A DNA stretch of 63,693 nt. Origin: Verrucomicrobiota bacterium. GTDB taxonomy: Bacteria; Verrucomicrobiota; Verrucomicrobiia; Limisphaerales; CANJSG01. This document shows positions 28,522-37,944 of the stretch, in pieces; positions within the stretch are counted from its first letter, which is position 1, and each line of letters opens with the position of its first letter. The notes beneath the pieces are model-generated. The model had not been told where the DNA came from and searched no databases. It worked only from the letters and a program-made list of their open reading frames with translations. The DNA lies in contig JBBRDN010000003.1 of assembly GCA_038203875.1 (NCBI GenBank), forward strand, positions 1 to 63,693, in the 5' to 3' direction. A program made the translations under genes and the position numbers.

Positions 28522-30176
28522 CTCCCACCGCCTTCGAGGTAGACGCGGTTGTAGGCGTGGGTGTCGAGGGGGTTTGTATGCCAGCCTTTCACCGACGGAC
28601 GGCTCAGGTAGACGCGGGCGTGGTGGTAGATCGGCAGGATGGGCGCTTCCTCGGTCAACAGGTCCTCGGCCTGGCGGATGAGTTCCATGCGTTTGGTCAC
28701 GTCGAGTTCACGGCCGGAACGGGTCAGCAGGTCGTCGTAGGCCGCGTTGCGGAAACCGGCGTAGTTCGCCGTGGAACTGGATCCCCACATCTCGAGGAAG
28801 CCCATCGGATCGGGATAATCCGGCGTCCAACCACCGAGGTAGAGCTGGTAGTCTTTTTGGTTCGGGTTGGTTCGGTCCAGGTAGACCTTCTTCTCCATGT
28901 TCTGCAGCCCGACCTCGATGCCGAGCGTCGTGCGCCACATCTGCTGGATCGCTTCGGCGGTGATCTTGGTGAGCTCGGCGTTGTCGAAGATCATCTGCAG
29001 TTTTGGGAATCCTTTGCCGTCCGGGAATCCCGCGTCGGCGAGGGCCTTCTTGGCGCCGGCGGCATCGAAGGGAAGGCGCGCACGGGATTCGTAGCCGGCC
29101 ATCTTCGGCGCGACGAAAGACCACGCCGGGGTTTCACCGCCGCGCGTAACCGTGTTCACGATGCCTTCGCGGTCGATGGCGAGGCCGAGCGCGCGCCGGA
29201 CAAGGCGGTTGGCGAGCACTCCGTTGGTCACGTTGCACCCGATGTATTGCGCACGGAGATAAGGGACGGTGCGGAGGAGCTGGGGCTCGTCTTTCCGGTA
29301 TGAGGCGATCTTGGACGTGGGCAATGCGGCGGTGAGGTGGAGCTGCCCGGCGCGGAAGGCGCGCTCCTCGGTGTCGGAATTCTCGATCGGGTAGAAGCGC
29401 ACTTCGGCCAGCTTCACGTTGGCGGCGTTCCAGTAGTTCGTGTTTCGCCGGAGCGTGATGCGCTTGGAGGGCGACCATTCGGAGAGCGTGAACGGTCCAT
29501 TGCCGACGTGATTTCCGGGACGAGTCCACAGGGTTCCTTTGCGGGAGCCGCCCCCGGCCTTCTCGACAGTGGCGCGGTGCACGGGCATGTAGGTCGAAAT
29601 GGTCAGCAGCGACATGAAGTAGGGGGTCGGGTCGGCAAGGGTCAGCCTCAGCGTGTGGTCATCGACGGCCTCGACGCCGACGGTCGAGAAGTCCTTCGAC
29701 TTTCCGGTGTTGAACGCTTCCGCGCCACGGATGGGATAAAGGTAGAAGGCGAATTCGGCGGCGAGTTCCGGCGTGAGGCAGCGCTGGATCGAGTAGGTGA
29801 AATCGCGCGCGGTCACAGGATCGCCATTAGACCAGCGGGCGTTCTTGCGAAGGTGGAACGTGAAGACCTTTCCGTCGGGTGAGATGTCCCACTTCTCCGC
29901 CACACCGGGCGTCGGAGCCATCGTATCGGGATGCCGCCACACCAGCGGCTCGAAGAGCGCCTGCATGATGTTGTCCTCCTCGACCGAGATCATGGTGTGC
30001 GGATCAAGGTCGCGCGGTTCGGTTCCGTTGCCCTTGTGCAGCACCTGGTCGCGGTCACCCGTTTGGACGGTGGTCTCCTTCGATCCGCAGCCGAAGAGAA
30101 CGAGGGCGAACGTGCAACCGAGAACGAGGGCGAGGGCGCGGGACACGATGGTTGGAAAAGTTTCGGGGGTGTTCAT
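28518..30176 (-). CDS. ABC transporter substrate-binding lipoprotein, family 5 (OppA/DppA-like)
   Basis: Internal ATG at 30176 gives the lipobox signal ..LVLGCTFALVLFGCGS. The length and the blocks GTEPRDLDP, GVAEKWDISPDGKVFTFHLRKNARWSNGDPVTARDF and GGWTPDYPDP are typical of SBP family 5. Confidence 0.9.
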   Translation of the reverse strand: MNTPETFPTIVSRALALVLGCTFALVLFGCGSKETTVQTGDRDQVLHKGNGTEPRDLDPHTMISVEEDNIMQALFEPLVWRHPDTMAPTPGVAEKWDISPDGKVFTFHLRKNARWSNGDPVTARDFTYSIQRCLTPELAAEFAFYLYPIRGAEAFNTGKSKDFSTVGVEAVDDHTLRLTLADPTPYFMSLLTISTYMPVHRATVEKAGGGSRKGTLWTRPGNHVGNGPFTLSEWSPSKRITLRRNTNYWNAANVKLAEVRFYPIENSDTEERAFRAGQLHLTAALPTSKIASYRKDEPQLLRTVPYLRAQYIGCNVTNGVLANRLVRRALGLAIDREGIVNTVTRGGETPAWSFVAPKMAGYESRARLPFDAAGAKKALADAGFPDGKGFPKLQMIFDNAELTKITAEAIQQMWRTTLGIEVGLQNMEKKVYLDRTNPNQKDYQLYLGGWTPDYPDPMGFLEMWGSSSTANYAGFRNAAYDDLLTRSGRELDVTKRMELIRQAEDLLTEEAPILPIYHHARVYLSRPSVKGWHTNPLDTHAYNRVYLEGGGR

Positions 30177-30184
30177 CCGGCGCC

Positions 30185-31825
30185 TCACTTCTTCCCCTTC
30201 TCCAGCGACACGTATTTGTAGGGATGAATGTCGAGGAGGTTGCGCTCCCAGCCCTTCACCTCGGGACGCACCAGCGCCACGCGGGTGTAGAAGTAGATCG
30301 GGATCGTCGGCGCTTCGTTCACCAGGATGGTCTCGGCCTGCTGGAAGAGCTCGATGCGCTTGGCCGCATCCGAGGTCCGTCCGGCTTCCTCGATAAGGCG
30401 GTCGAACTCCTTGTTCGACCAACCGGTCTGGTTGTTTCCGCCGCCGGTGAGGAACATGTCGAGGAAGCTGTTCGGATCGAGATAGTCGCCGATCCACGCG
30501 TAGCGGGCCATCTGGTAGTTCATCTGCATCATCGTGTCCTGCCAGACCTTCGACTCCTGGTTCACAATCGAGATGTCGACGCCGAGGTTCTCCTTCCACA
30601 TCCGCTGGAGCGCCTCGCAGATGCTCTTGTGGCCGTCGTCCGTGTTGTAGAGCACCTCGACCTTCGGGAAGCCCTTTCCATCGGGGAATCCCGCCTTCGC
30701 CATCAGGTCCTTCGCCGCGGGAATGTCGAACCTGACCTGCGTGCGCGCGTTGTAGCCGGCGGTCCCGGGCGGGACGATGCTGTAGGCCGCAAGCTGACCG
30801 CCGCGCGCCACGGTCTTCACGAGGGCTTCACGGTCGATCGACATGCCCAGCGCCTGCCGCACGCGCACGTCGGCCAGCACGCCGTTGGTCACGTTCATGC
30901 GGAAGAAGTAGGTGCCGAAGAACGGATGGATTGTGAGGAACTCCGGATGATCGGCCTTGTAGACGTCGATCTTCGCCTGCGGCAGCGACTGCGTGATGTG
31001 GAGCTGGCCGGCGCGGAAGGTCCGTTCCTCGGAGTCCTGGCTGTCGATGGGGAAGAACTGGATCTGGTTCAGCGTGACCTTCGCGGCGTCCCAGTAGGTC
31101 GGACTCTTCTCGACGGTGATGACCTGGTTGGGCTTCCAGTCCTTCAGCCGGAACGGTCCGTTGCCAATGTGGTTTCCGGGACGGGTCCACTGGGTCGCGC
31201 GCTCGTCGATGGGGCCGAACTTCTCGATCGTCGCGCGATGGACCGGAAACCACGACTGGTGATACATCATCGAGAGGAAATAGGGAGTCGGACCAGTCAG
31301 TTCGACCTTCAGCGTGTAGTCGTCCGGCGCGGAGTAACCGGTCTTTGTGAAGTCCTTCAGCTTGCCCTCGTTGAACTCCTTAGCGCCCTTCACCACCCAG
31401 TGCATGTAGGCGTATTCGGAGCCGAGCTTCGGCGAAAGCATCCGCTGGAACGAGTAGATGAAGTCCTTCGCCGTGACGGGATGGCCGTTCTGCCACTTGG
31501 CGTCCTTGCGCAGATGGAACGTGTAGGACATCAGGTCCGGCGCGACATCCCAGCGTTCGGCGACGCCGGGTTCGGGACTGAGATCCTTGGGATTCGGCGC
31601 AGTCAGCCCTTCGAAGAGCGCCATCATGATGTTGTATTCCTGCTGCGAGGTGAGGATCTGCGGGTCGAGGTCACGCGGCTCGGAATGGTTGCCCATCATG
31701 AGCGTCTGGTCGCGCGCGGCGCGGTCGATGACCAGCTCACGCTGTCCGCAGCCGGACACCACTGCGAAGAAGGCGGCGAACGCCGGAAGAAGGAACGCGG
31801 ATCGAACCCGGAGCGAAGGCTTCAT
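30185..31825 (-). CDS. ABC transporter substrate-binding lipoprotein, family 5 (paralog of the adjacent gene)
   Basis: Internal ATG at 31825 gives the lipobox signal MKPSLRVRSAFLLPAFAAFFAVVSGCG. Collinear similarity to the neighbouring gene (SEPRDLDP, GVAERWDVAPDLMSYTFHLRKDAKWQNGHPVTAKDF, YAWIGDYLDP). Confidence 0.9.
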   Translation of the reverse strand: MKPSLRVRSAFLLPAFAAFFAVVSGCGQRELVIDRAARDQTLMMGNHSEPRDLDPQILTSQQEYNIMMALFEGLTAPNPKDLSPEPGVAERWDVAPDLMSYTFHLRKDAKWQNGHPVTAKDFIYSFQRMLSPKLGSEYAYMHWVVKGAKEFNEGKLKDFTKTGYSAPDDYTLKVELTGPTPYFLSMMYHQSWFPVHRATIEKFGPIDERATQWTRPGNHIGNGPFRLKDWKPNQVITVEKSPTYWDAAKVTLNQIQFFPIDSQDSEERTFRAGQLHITQSLPQAKIDVYKADHPEFLTIHPFFGTYFFRMNVTNGVLADVRVRQALGMSIDREALVKTVARGGQLAAYSIVPPGTAGYNARTQVRFDIPAAKDLMAKAGFPDGKGFPKVEVLYNTDDGHKSICEALQRMWKENLGVDISIVNQESKVWQDTMMQMNYQMARYAWIGDYLDPNSFLDMFLTGGGNNQTGWSNKEFDRLIEEAGRTSDAAKRIELFQQAETILVNEAPTIPIYFYTRVALVRPEVKGWERNLLDIHPYKYVSLEKGKK

Positions 31826-31889
31826 GGCGGAGAAGGTTGCCAGCGTCCGCGCAGAGGCAACAGCTTTTCGAAACCAATCGCGCCGGCGA

Positions 31890-34800
31890 TCAGTTGTCCC
31901 GTCCGAGCTTCTCGTAGTAGCGGCGGACCTGCTCGGTGAACTGCGCGGGCACGGGATCGCGGTCGATCGGGACCAGCGCTTCGCGGGAGCCGCGTTTGGC
32001 CAGCTCCTCGGCGATGCGGTTCTGCACCTCGGCCAACGGCTGGAGAATCTGCGCCTGGACCATCTGCCACTGCGGTTCGCGGCCGGTGCGACGGAAGTCG
32101 GCCCGGACGGCACGGACCCGGTCACGCACCTGCGCGAGGTCGTCGCGGATCCGGGCGTCGCCGACCATCTCCTCGACGTTGCTGAGCCTCTCGTTCCATT
32201 CGCGGAAATTGTCACTGGTCAAAGGTCCGCCGTTCGCTCCTCCATTGGCTCCGCCGCCACCCAAGGCGCCGCCGAAGTCGAATGATCCGGGCGAGCCATC
32301 GCGCTCCTGCGGCTGCTGCCCGCCTTGGCGCTGCTGCGGGGAGTTCTGCCGATCACCGGGCTGGTTTCCTTGCCCGCCCTGACCCTGACCTGGTTGTCCT
32401 TCTTGGCCAGGTTGCTCGCCTTCCTGTCCCTGTCCCGGCTGCTGGCCGCCCTGACCTTGTTTGCCCTGGCCCTGTTTACCCTTCTGACCCTGCTTGCCCT
32501 TCTGGCCATCCTGACCGGGTTGTTCCCCTTCCTGACCTTGGCCGGGCTGGCCTTTCTGGGCGCGATCTCCCTGTTTGCCCTGGCCTTGTTTGCCCTTTTG
32601 GCCCTGCTTGCCTTGATCGCCGGGTTGCTGGCCCGGCTGAGAATCCTTGCCGGACTGGCTGGGATCGTTGCCTTCCTGCGGATCGCTTTGCCCCGGTTGG
32701 CGCTGACCGTTCCGTGAATTCGAAGCCATCTCGCCCACGCGATTCGTGGAGTCGCCGCTGGCCATGCCCCGGGCGCGGTTGGTCGATGAACCGGCGCGGA
32801 GGAAGCCGCCGCTGCCATTGGTTTCTTGACGACCGTTGCCACCGCGCGATGCGAGTTCGCGATTGAGCTGCTTGGAGAGTTCGTCGAGTTCCTTGCGCGC
32901 GAGTTCCAGCGCCTGGGCTTCGTCGCCAAGGACGCTTTCCGCCGCCTGCTCCACGCCTTGGCGGAGTTTGTTGATGTCCTCGCGGGCGCGCTGTTCGAAT
33001 TGCGACGCTTCGCGGTTGAGGCTGCGTTCGGCGAGGAGCCTGGCCTTGTCGAGCGAGTCTTCCGTGTTGTTCAACGTCTGCTGGCGGACCATGTCGTAGA
33101 GCCGCTTGGAAAGGAGCGGTTCGCTGGCCTCGGCCTGCTGGGAAACCTGGGTCATGGACCCGATCAGATTGGTGAGCGCCGCCTTCTGCTGGGCCAGCTG
33201 CTCTGCGATCTTGTCGGTCGGGGTCTCGCTGCTAAGCGTCCGCCGTTCGGGCTTCTTTTCACCGGCCAGCTTCTCGCCAAGTTCCTTCTGGTTGTCGGCG
33301 AGTTTGCGGGCCTCCTCGCGCATGTCGCGGATGGCTTCGGAGAACTGGCTGGAAGTCTTCTTGCGGACCTCGTCCTGCAGGTTCTTGAGATCCCGCTCGA
33401 CACGTGATCCGGAGGCGAGCGCATCGGACACCTTCTCCTGGTTTAGCGATTCCGAGGCCTTCTCCATGTCCTTGCGGGTCTCGTCGAGGCTCTTGCGCTC
33501 CTCCGCCAACTCGCCGTTCTTGTCGTTCCGCTCCATCTTCTGGCGGGCGGCATCGGCATCGGCGAGCAGTTCGCGCTGCTCTTCACGGAGGCGCTTCAGT
33601 TCGCGGCGGAGCTCCTCTTTTTCCTTCTCGGTCTTGGCGGCCTCGAGCGAATTCTGCATTTCCTTGAGGCGTTCGTTGATGTCCTGCTGGCGCTGGGCGA
33701 GCTCCTTGAGGCGTGCGAGGAAGTCGAGCTGCTCCTTCTGTTCCGGCGTCTGCGCCTTCGCCTGCTGGGCCTGGGACTTGGTCTCGTAGCGGTTCTCCTT
33801 CTCGTTCATCTCGAGCTGGTCGAGCTGCTGCTGTTGTTGCTGGCCGCCACCACCGCCGCCGCCCTGGCCGGGTTTCCGCTGGGTCACTTGGGTTTCGCGT
33901 GCGGAAAGTTTCAGCAACGCCGAGTAGGCGGCGTTCTCCGCGCTGGTCGCCTCGGACAGCCGGAACGGATCCTTGCTGGCCGCGCCGAGTTCCTTCACGG
34001 CGCGCTCCATCTGCTTGAGGGCCGTGTCGAGGAAGCTCTGGCCGCGCGGGTCCTGGACCTTCTCCTTCATCGCCTCGGCCAGCTCGATGGCCTTCTTCTG
34101 CGATTCGAGAACGACGGAAAGGTTGGTCTTGAAGCCGGACGGCAACCGCGTGCCGGAAAGCTGGCGTTGCAGCTTCCATGTGGCGTTGAGGACCTGCTTC
34201 TGGAGATCCGCGAGCTTGGTGGCTTCGTTGCCCTGTTGTTGCTCCTGCTGCTGTTGCTGCTGCTCGCTCTGGCCGTCCTGGGGCGGGGCTTTGCGGAAGA
34301 TCTCCTCGAACGGACGGACTTCGCTCAGGAAAAGATCGCCCTGCGTGCGGCGAAGTTTTCCGTCGGGCCCGATGTCCTCGGCCCAGACGTGGTAGGTGAG
34401 GAGGTCGTCGACGGCGGCCGGGATGCCTTCGAGCGAGAAGAGATGGTCGAAGGTCTTCTTCTCATTCGGCGGCACGATGACCTTCAGGTTGTTCGTGTCG
34501 CCGGTTCCGGCCACGCGGACTTCCTTCTCGGAGCCGTCGGGCATGATGAAGTTGAAGCCGTAGCCGACGAGGCCGAAATCGTCGCTGGCCTCGGCACGGA
34601 AGGCCATTTCCTGAAGGGCCGAGACACGCTGATCGCCCTTGGGAGAAATCCATTTCAGAGCCGGCGGCCGGTTGGGCAACGCGTCGAAGACGAACTGTGT
34701 CTGAATCCTGTTGGTCAGGCCTTCGGCATCGACCAGCACCAGACGAAACGTCTGCGACTGCGTAAGGACCATGCTCGGAAGCATCGCCGCCGCGCGGCCG

Positions 34801-35795
34801 GCCGGGAGGTCGAGCGCTATGGTGCCTTCGGGGCCGACCAGACTGGCGCTGCGGACCGTCTTGTTGAGGAGCAATTCCATCCGGACGGTCGATCCTTCCA
34901 CGGCGCTGATTCGGCGCGTGTCGGGAACCTTCTTGGAATCAAGCTGTGTGTAGGCCGGGAACTGAATCTCGGCATCGGATTTTTCCAGCCGCGGGTATTC
35001 GAAGATCGCGAGCTTGTAGCTGCGGCTCGCCTTGCCGCCGAACTCGATCCGATAGACCCCGTCCGCCTGGAGGTCGCGGATGGTTCCGCCGAAGACGGGG
35101 TCGTTGAGACTTCGGCTGAGGGCGATGCGGTTGGTCTTGCCTCCTTGTTCCAACACCATCGCGGCATCGGCCGGAACACGGCCGCTGAACCGCGTCAGAA
35201 CCACGAGCGATGATCCCTTCTCCACACGCGCGTCGCCGGGGGTCACTTCGTAGCCCTCGAGCATGAGCGCTACGGAACTACCTCCGGGAAGAGAGCCATT
35301 TGCATAGAGCAGCCACGTCATCGCCGCGGCGAAGACGAACGAAGCCAGCTGGCCGAAGCGGACTCCGGCAAGGCCGAAACCTTCGACGGACCGGTTCCAA
35401 TCACGCTCGCTGCAGGCGGCGACGGCTTCGCGAACGACCCGGGCCTGGAGGAAAGAGAATCGGCCCGTCACGGGATCTGGCTCCTGTTCGACTGCGGTCG
35501 TCAGCAGCGACTTGAACTCCGGATTCAAGGCCTCAAGGCGCCGGGCCACGTCCCGGTAGTCCGGCTGCCAAAACTCGGCGGCAAACCCCAGGAAAAGTCC
35601 GCCAAGGACTCCGAAGAGCAGGACGAAGGGAACGACTGCCGCAAAGCTGACCCCCGTGGCCACCTGGAGCGCCATCGCGGCGAGCGCCACCGAGCCCAGC
35701 ACAAGCCAAAGACGGATGAGCCGCCGGTGCAGACGTTCGATCCGGAGCCGGCGCGCGACCGGTTCCAACTGCCGACGAAGTGAGGGTTCGATCAT
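31890..35795 (-). CDS. Large membrane-anchored coiled-coil and low-complexity protein (DUF4175 / TIGR02302-like)
   Basis: First ATG at 35795. N-terminal TM helices (LWLVLGSVALAAMAL.., VVPFVLLFGVLGGLFLGF). Long E/K/R/Q coiled-coil stretch, poly-Q and poly-G runs, and a Q/G/K-rich C-terminal region. Its position after the DUF58 and BatA-like genes matches that family's usual neighbourhood. Confidence 0.8.
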   Translation of the reverse strand: MIEPSLRRQLEPVARRLRIERLHRRLIRLWLVLGSVALAAMALQVATGVSFAAVVPFVLLFGVLGGLFLGFAAEFWQPDYRDVARRLEALNPEFKSLLTTAVEQEPDPVTGRFSFLQARVVREAVAACSERDWNRSVEGFGLAGVRFGQLASFVFAAAMTWLLYANGSLPGGSSVALMLEGYEVTPGDARVEKGSSLVVLTRFSGRVPADAAMVLEQGGKTNRIALSRSLNDPVFGGTIRDLQADGVYRIEFGGKASRSYKLAIFEYPRLEKSDAEIQFPAYTQLDSKKVPDTRRISAVEGSTVRMELLLNKTVRSASLVGPEGTIALDLPAGRAAAMLPSMVLTQSQTFRLVLVDAEGLTNRIQTQFVFDALPNRPPALKWISPKGDQRVSALQEMAFRAEASDDFGLVGYGFNFIMPDGSEKEVRVAGTGDTNNLKVIVPPNEKKTFDHLFSLEGIPAAVDDLLTYHVWAEDIGPDGKLRRTQGDLFLSEVRPFEEIFRKAPPQDGQSEQQQQQQEQQQGNEATKLADLQKQVLNATWKLQRQLSGTRLPSGFKTNLSVVLESQKKAIELAEAMKEKVQDPRGQSFLDTALKQMERAVKELGAASKDPFRLSEATSAENAAYSALLKLSARETQVTQRKPGQGGGGGGGQQQQQQLDQLEMNEKENRYETKSQAQQAKAQTPEQKEQLDFLARLKELAQRQQDINERLKEMQNSLEAAKTEKEKEELRRELKRLREEQRELLADADAARQKMERNDKNGELAEERKSLDETRKDMEKASESLNQEKVSDALASGSRVERDLKNLQDEVRKKTSSQFSEAIRDMREEARKLADNQKELGEKLAGEKKPERRTLSSETPTDKIAEQLAQQKAALTNLIGSMTQVSQQAEASEPLLSKRLYDMVRQQTLNNTEDSLDKARLLAERSLNREASQFEQRAREDINKLRQGVEQAAESVLGDEAQALELARKELDELSKQLNRELASRGGNGRQETNGSGGFLRAGSSTNRARGMASGDSTNRVGEMASNSRNGQRQPGQSDPQEGNDPSQSGKDSQPGQQPGDQGKQGQKGKQGQGKQGDRAQKGQPGQGQEGEQPGQDGQKGKQGQKGKQGQGKQGQGGQQPGQGQEGEQPGQEGQPGQGQGGQGNQPGDRQNSPQQRQGGQQPQERDGSPGSFDFGGALGGGGANGGANGGPLTSDNFREWNERLSNVEEMVGDARIRDDLAQVRDRVRAVRADFRRTGREPQWQMVQAQILQPLAEVQNRIAEELAKRGSREALVPIDRDPVPAQFTEQVRRYYEKLGRDN
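32290..32720 (-). repeat. In-frame low-complexity tandem duplication encoding a Gln/Gly/Lys/Pro/Glu-rich segment
   Basis: On the plus strand, GGTTGCTCGCCTTCCTG... (from 32410) recurs as GGTTGTTCCCCTTCCTG... (from 32518), and TTTGCCCTGGCC at 32460 recurs at 32574. The unit is about 108-114 nt. The protein reads ..GKQGQKGKQGQGKQG..GQGQEGEQPGQ.. twice. Confidence 0.75.
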
Positions 35796-35859
35796 GACAA
35801 TGGCCTCCAAGGATGACGCCGGTCGACGCAGGATGGTTTCCAGTAAGTGCTCATGGCTG

Positions 35860-37944
35860 TCAGGCGGTCTTGCCCCCGAAGCTCAACCGGCCGGCGAGCC
35901 AGGTTTCGATGAGGACGATTCCCAGCGCGGCCAGGAGCACCCAGCGCCAGAGTTTTTGGCGGCCTTCCAGTTCATTGGCCGCCGTCATCAGGGTCGCGGC
36001 CGGATCCGCTTTCGGAGCGGCCGCGAGGGTTGTGGGCACCAGTTTGACCGGCACACCGAGGTTCGAGAGCGCATCCGCCGCCATCGGCGCGGTGCGCGAT
36101 TCGTCGGGCGAAAGGTTCACGGCGAAGGACAAAGGCTCGGGCAGCCCATCCACGCGGTAGAAGCCCGGCTCGGTCGTTCCGGCAAACAGAGGCGTTCCGG
36201 CCGCCAAGGCCTCGCGTTTGCCATCGGGCCGCACCACGGACAGCGCGCCAGCCACGCCGTTGGTGGGAAGCGGAACCGAATCCCCGACGAAGAACTGGCG
36301 GGCGAAGACCTGCCGCGCGCGACCGTAATCAAGCAGACCGGACAGCAGCGGAACAAACTTCGACGACAGCGCCAGTTGGCTGTCCGCCGGCGTCCAGGTG
36401 GATGTGAGAACGAACAATGACGCCCGGCCCGCAGGAATCTCCATCAAAGCCGCATCGCCGGAATCATACGCCGCGACGACACGCGCGCCGGGAATTCCGT
36501 TGGTCGATAGCTGGCGCGCCTTCCAGAAATGGATCCGGGTGAAGTCGCTGAAGCGCGGATCGGCGAACGGGGCGAACAGCGGATGCTGGAAATCGATCCG
36601 TCCAAACAAACTATAGTTGCTCGTCAGATCGGCCGCATTCGGGGCGGTCCGGCCCAGAAGGGTTCCGATCGCTTCCGTCGAAGTGGAATCCGGCAACGCC
36701 AACAACACGGTGACTCCGGCCGCCAACGCCTGCTTCGCCCACGCCGCCTGACCCGCCGTGAGTCTGGTGCTGCCGATGACCAGGGCGGCGTCCTTGAGAT
36801 CAGCCGCCGTGAGCGGCACCGATGTCGGACGCAGCAGAAGCTCGACATTGCGCGTCCGGGTTTCAGGAAAAGCGCGGCCAAGGTAGTAGGCGAGTCCCGC
36901 TGAATCCTTCGGATCATCGTTGCCGAGGAACAGCACACGGACCGTTTCCTGACGGCGCGTCTGGATGAAGAGCGAGTCGTCGAACGCCTGGCCATCGCCG
37001 GTCAACGAGAGCCTCAAACCATTCGTCGCCGTGAGGGAGTTGGTCCCGGAGGCGAGCGTGATGACCCGGCTCTGCCCGGCGGGCACGTAGGCTTCCGCGC
37101 CCGGACCCCCGTCGCTCCGCTGGATGCGGAACTGGTCGCGCTTGGCATCGGCCGAGTTGTTGACGCGGACCTTGATGCTGCCGTCGGTCGTGCCGGCGCC
37201 GGAGGCGAGTTCAGCCCCGAGTTGGAGCGCGGCATTGCCCGGATTGCGGGCGTTGATCTGTTCCAGCCGCACCTCGACGCCCTTCGGCCATTCGTAGCCC
37301 TGCAAGCCGTCGAGCTTCGCGCCATCCTGGAAATCGCTGATGACCACGAGCCGCTTGCGGAGCTGGGCATCGGCCTTTTCCTCGAGCAGCTCCACGCCCC
37401 GCATCATCGCGCTGCCGAGATGGGTCGAAAGCCAGGAAGGAGTTTCCGACTCGATCAGGTTCACCGCCAGATTGGCCCGCTCGGTCGACGCGGATCCGGT
37501 CCAGCGGGTGAAGTCGATGAGCACACGCGGCTGCCGGTCGAAGGCGACCAACGCGACCTCGTCCGCCGCACCCGCCGCGCGGAGCACCGACGCGGCCCGC
37601 TGCTTCGCCTGAGCCCAGAGATCATCGCGCCGCAGGCTCGCGCTCGTGTCGACCAGAACGACCGTGCGGACCCGTTCAGTCTTCTGCAAAGGCGGCGTTA
37701 TGGCCTGCTGGAGGTAGGGACGGGAAAAAGCAAATGCGACCAACGCCAAAACCAGGCAACGCAGGAGCAGGAGGAAAAGATTCTCCAGCCGGCTGCGCTT
37801 GGTCATCTGCGGCGGCGTGGGCTGGAGGAACATCAACGAACTGAACGGCGTCTTCTCGCGCTCAGTCCGCCGGATCAGATGCAGCAGGATCGGCAACGCG
37901 ACCGCGGCGGCTCCGGCGAGGAAGAGTGGGGCGAGGAAGTTCAT
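35860..37944 (-). CDS. BatA N-terminal domain plus VWA-like (MIDAS) membrane protein
   Basis: N-terminus MNFLAPLFLAGAAAVALPILLHLIRR (aerotolerance-regulator N-terminal type). A second TM helix, MIDAS-like VVLVDTSAS, and a C-terminal TM helix WRWVLLAALGIVLIETWLAG. Its ATG shares one nucleotide with the DUF58 stop (TGATG). Confidence 0.85.
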   Translation of the reverse strand: MNFLAPLFLAGAAAVALPILLHLIRRTEREKTPFSSLMFLQPTPPQMTKRSRLENLFLLLLRCLVLALVAFAFSRPYLQQAITPPLQKTERVRTVVLVDTSASLRRDDLWAQAKQRAASVLRAAGAADEVALVAFDRQPRVLIDFTRWTGSASTERANLAVNLIESETPSWLSTHLGSAMMRGVELLEEKADAQLRKRLVVISDFQDGAKLDGLQGYEWPKGVEVRLEQINARNPGNAALQLGAELASGAGTTDGSIKVRVNNSADAKRDQFRIQRSDGGPGAEAYVPAGQSRVITLASGTNSLTATNGLRLSLTGDGQAFDDSLFIQTRRQETVRVLFLGNDDPKDSAGLAYYLGRAFPETRTRNVELLLRPTSVPLTAADLKDAALVIGSTRLTAGQAAWAKQALAAGVTVLLALPDSTSTEAIGTLLGRTAPNAADLTSNYSLFGRIDFQHPLFAPFADPRFSDFTRIHFWKARQLSTNGIPGARVVAAYDSGDAALMEIPAGRASLFVLTSTWTPADSQLALSSKFVPLLSGLLDYGRARQVFARQFFVGDSVPLPTNGVAGALSVVRPDGKREALAAGTPLFAGTTEPGFYRVDGLPEPLSFAVNLSPDESRTAPMAADALSNLGVPVKLVPTTLAAAPKADPAATLMTAANELEGRQKLWRWVLLAALGIVLIETWLAGRLSFGGKTA

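Noticed and set aside
28518-32215. Long N-terminal extensions of the ORF-track entries. Examples: 141 and 130 extra codons on the two OppA-like genes, 74 on the OMP gene at 23162-24271, about 379 on rlmI at 37926-40265, 61 on the PL11 gene and 113 on the UreF-like gene.
   Set aside because: The extensions are Arg/Pro/Ser/Gly-rich and overlap neighbouring genes or promoters. In each case an internal ATG is followed by a textbook signal peptide, lipobox or family-typical N-terminus.
32325-32717. A 130-aa extremely Leu/Ala/Phe-rich ORF on the plus strand that looks like a multi-TM membrane protein.
   Set aside because: It is the exact antisense of the Q/G/K-rich repeat. CAG, GGC and AAG codons read backwards give CTG, GCC and CTT. 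The hydrophobicity is a compositional mirror artefact.
32290-32720. A collagen-like triple-helix repeat in the Q/G-rich region.
   Set aside because: Gly does not hold a strict every-third-residue register. GQK-GKQ-GQG breaks repeatedly, so this is generic low complexity rather than a G-X-Y collagen repeat.
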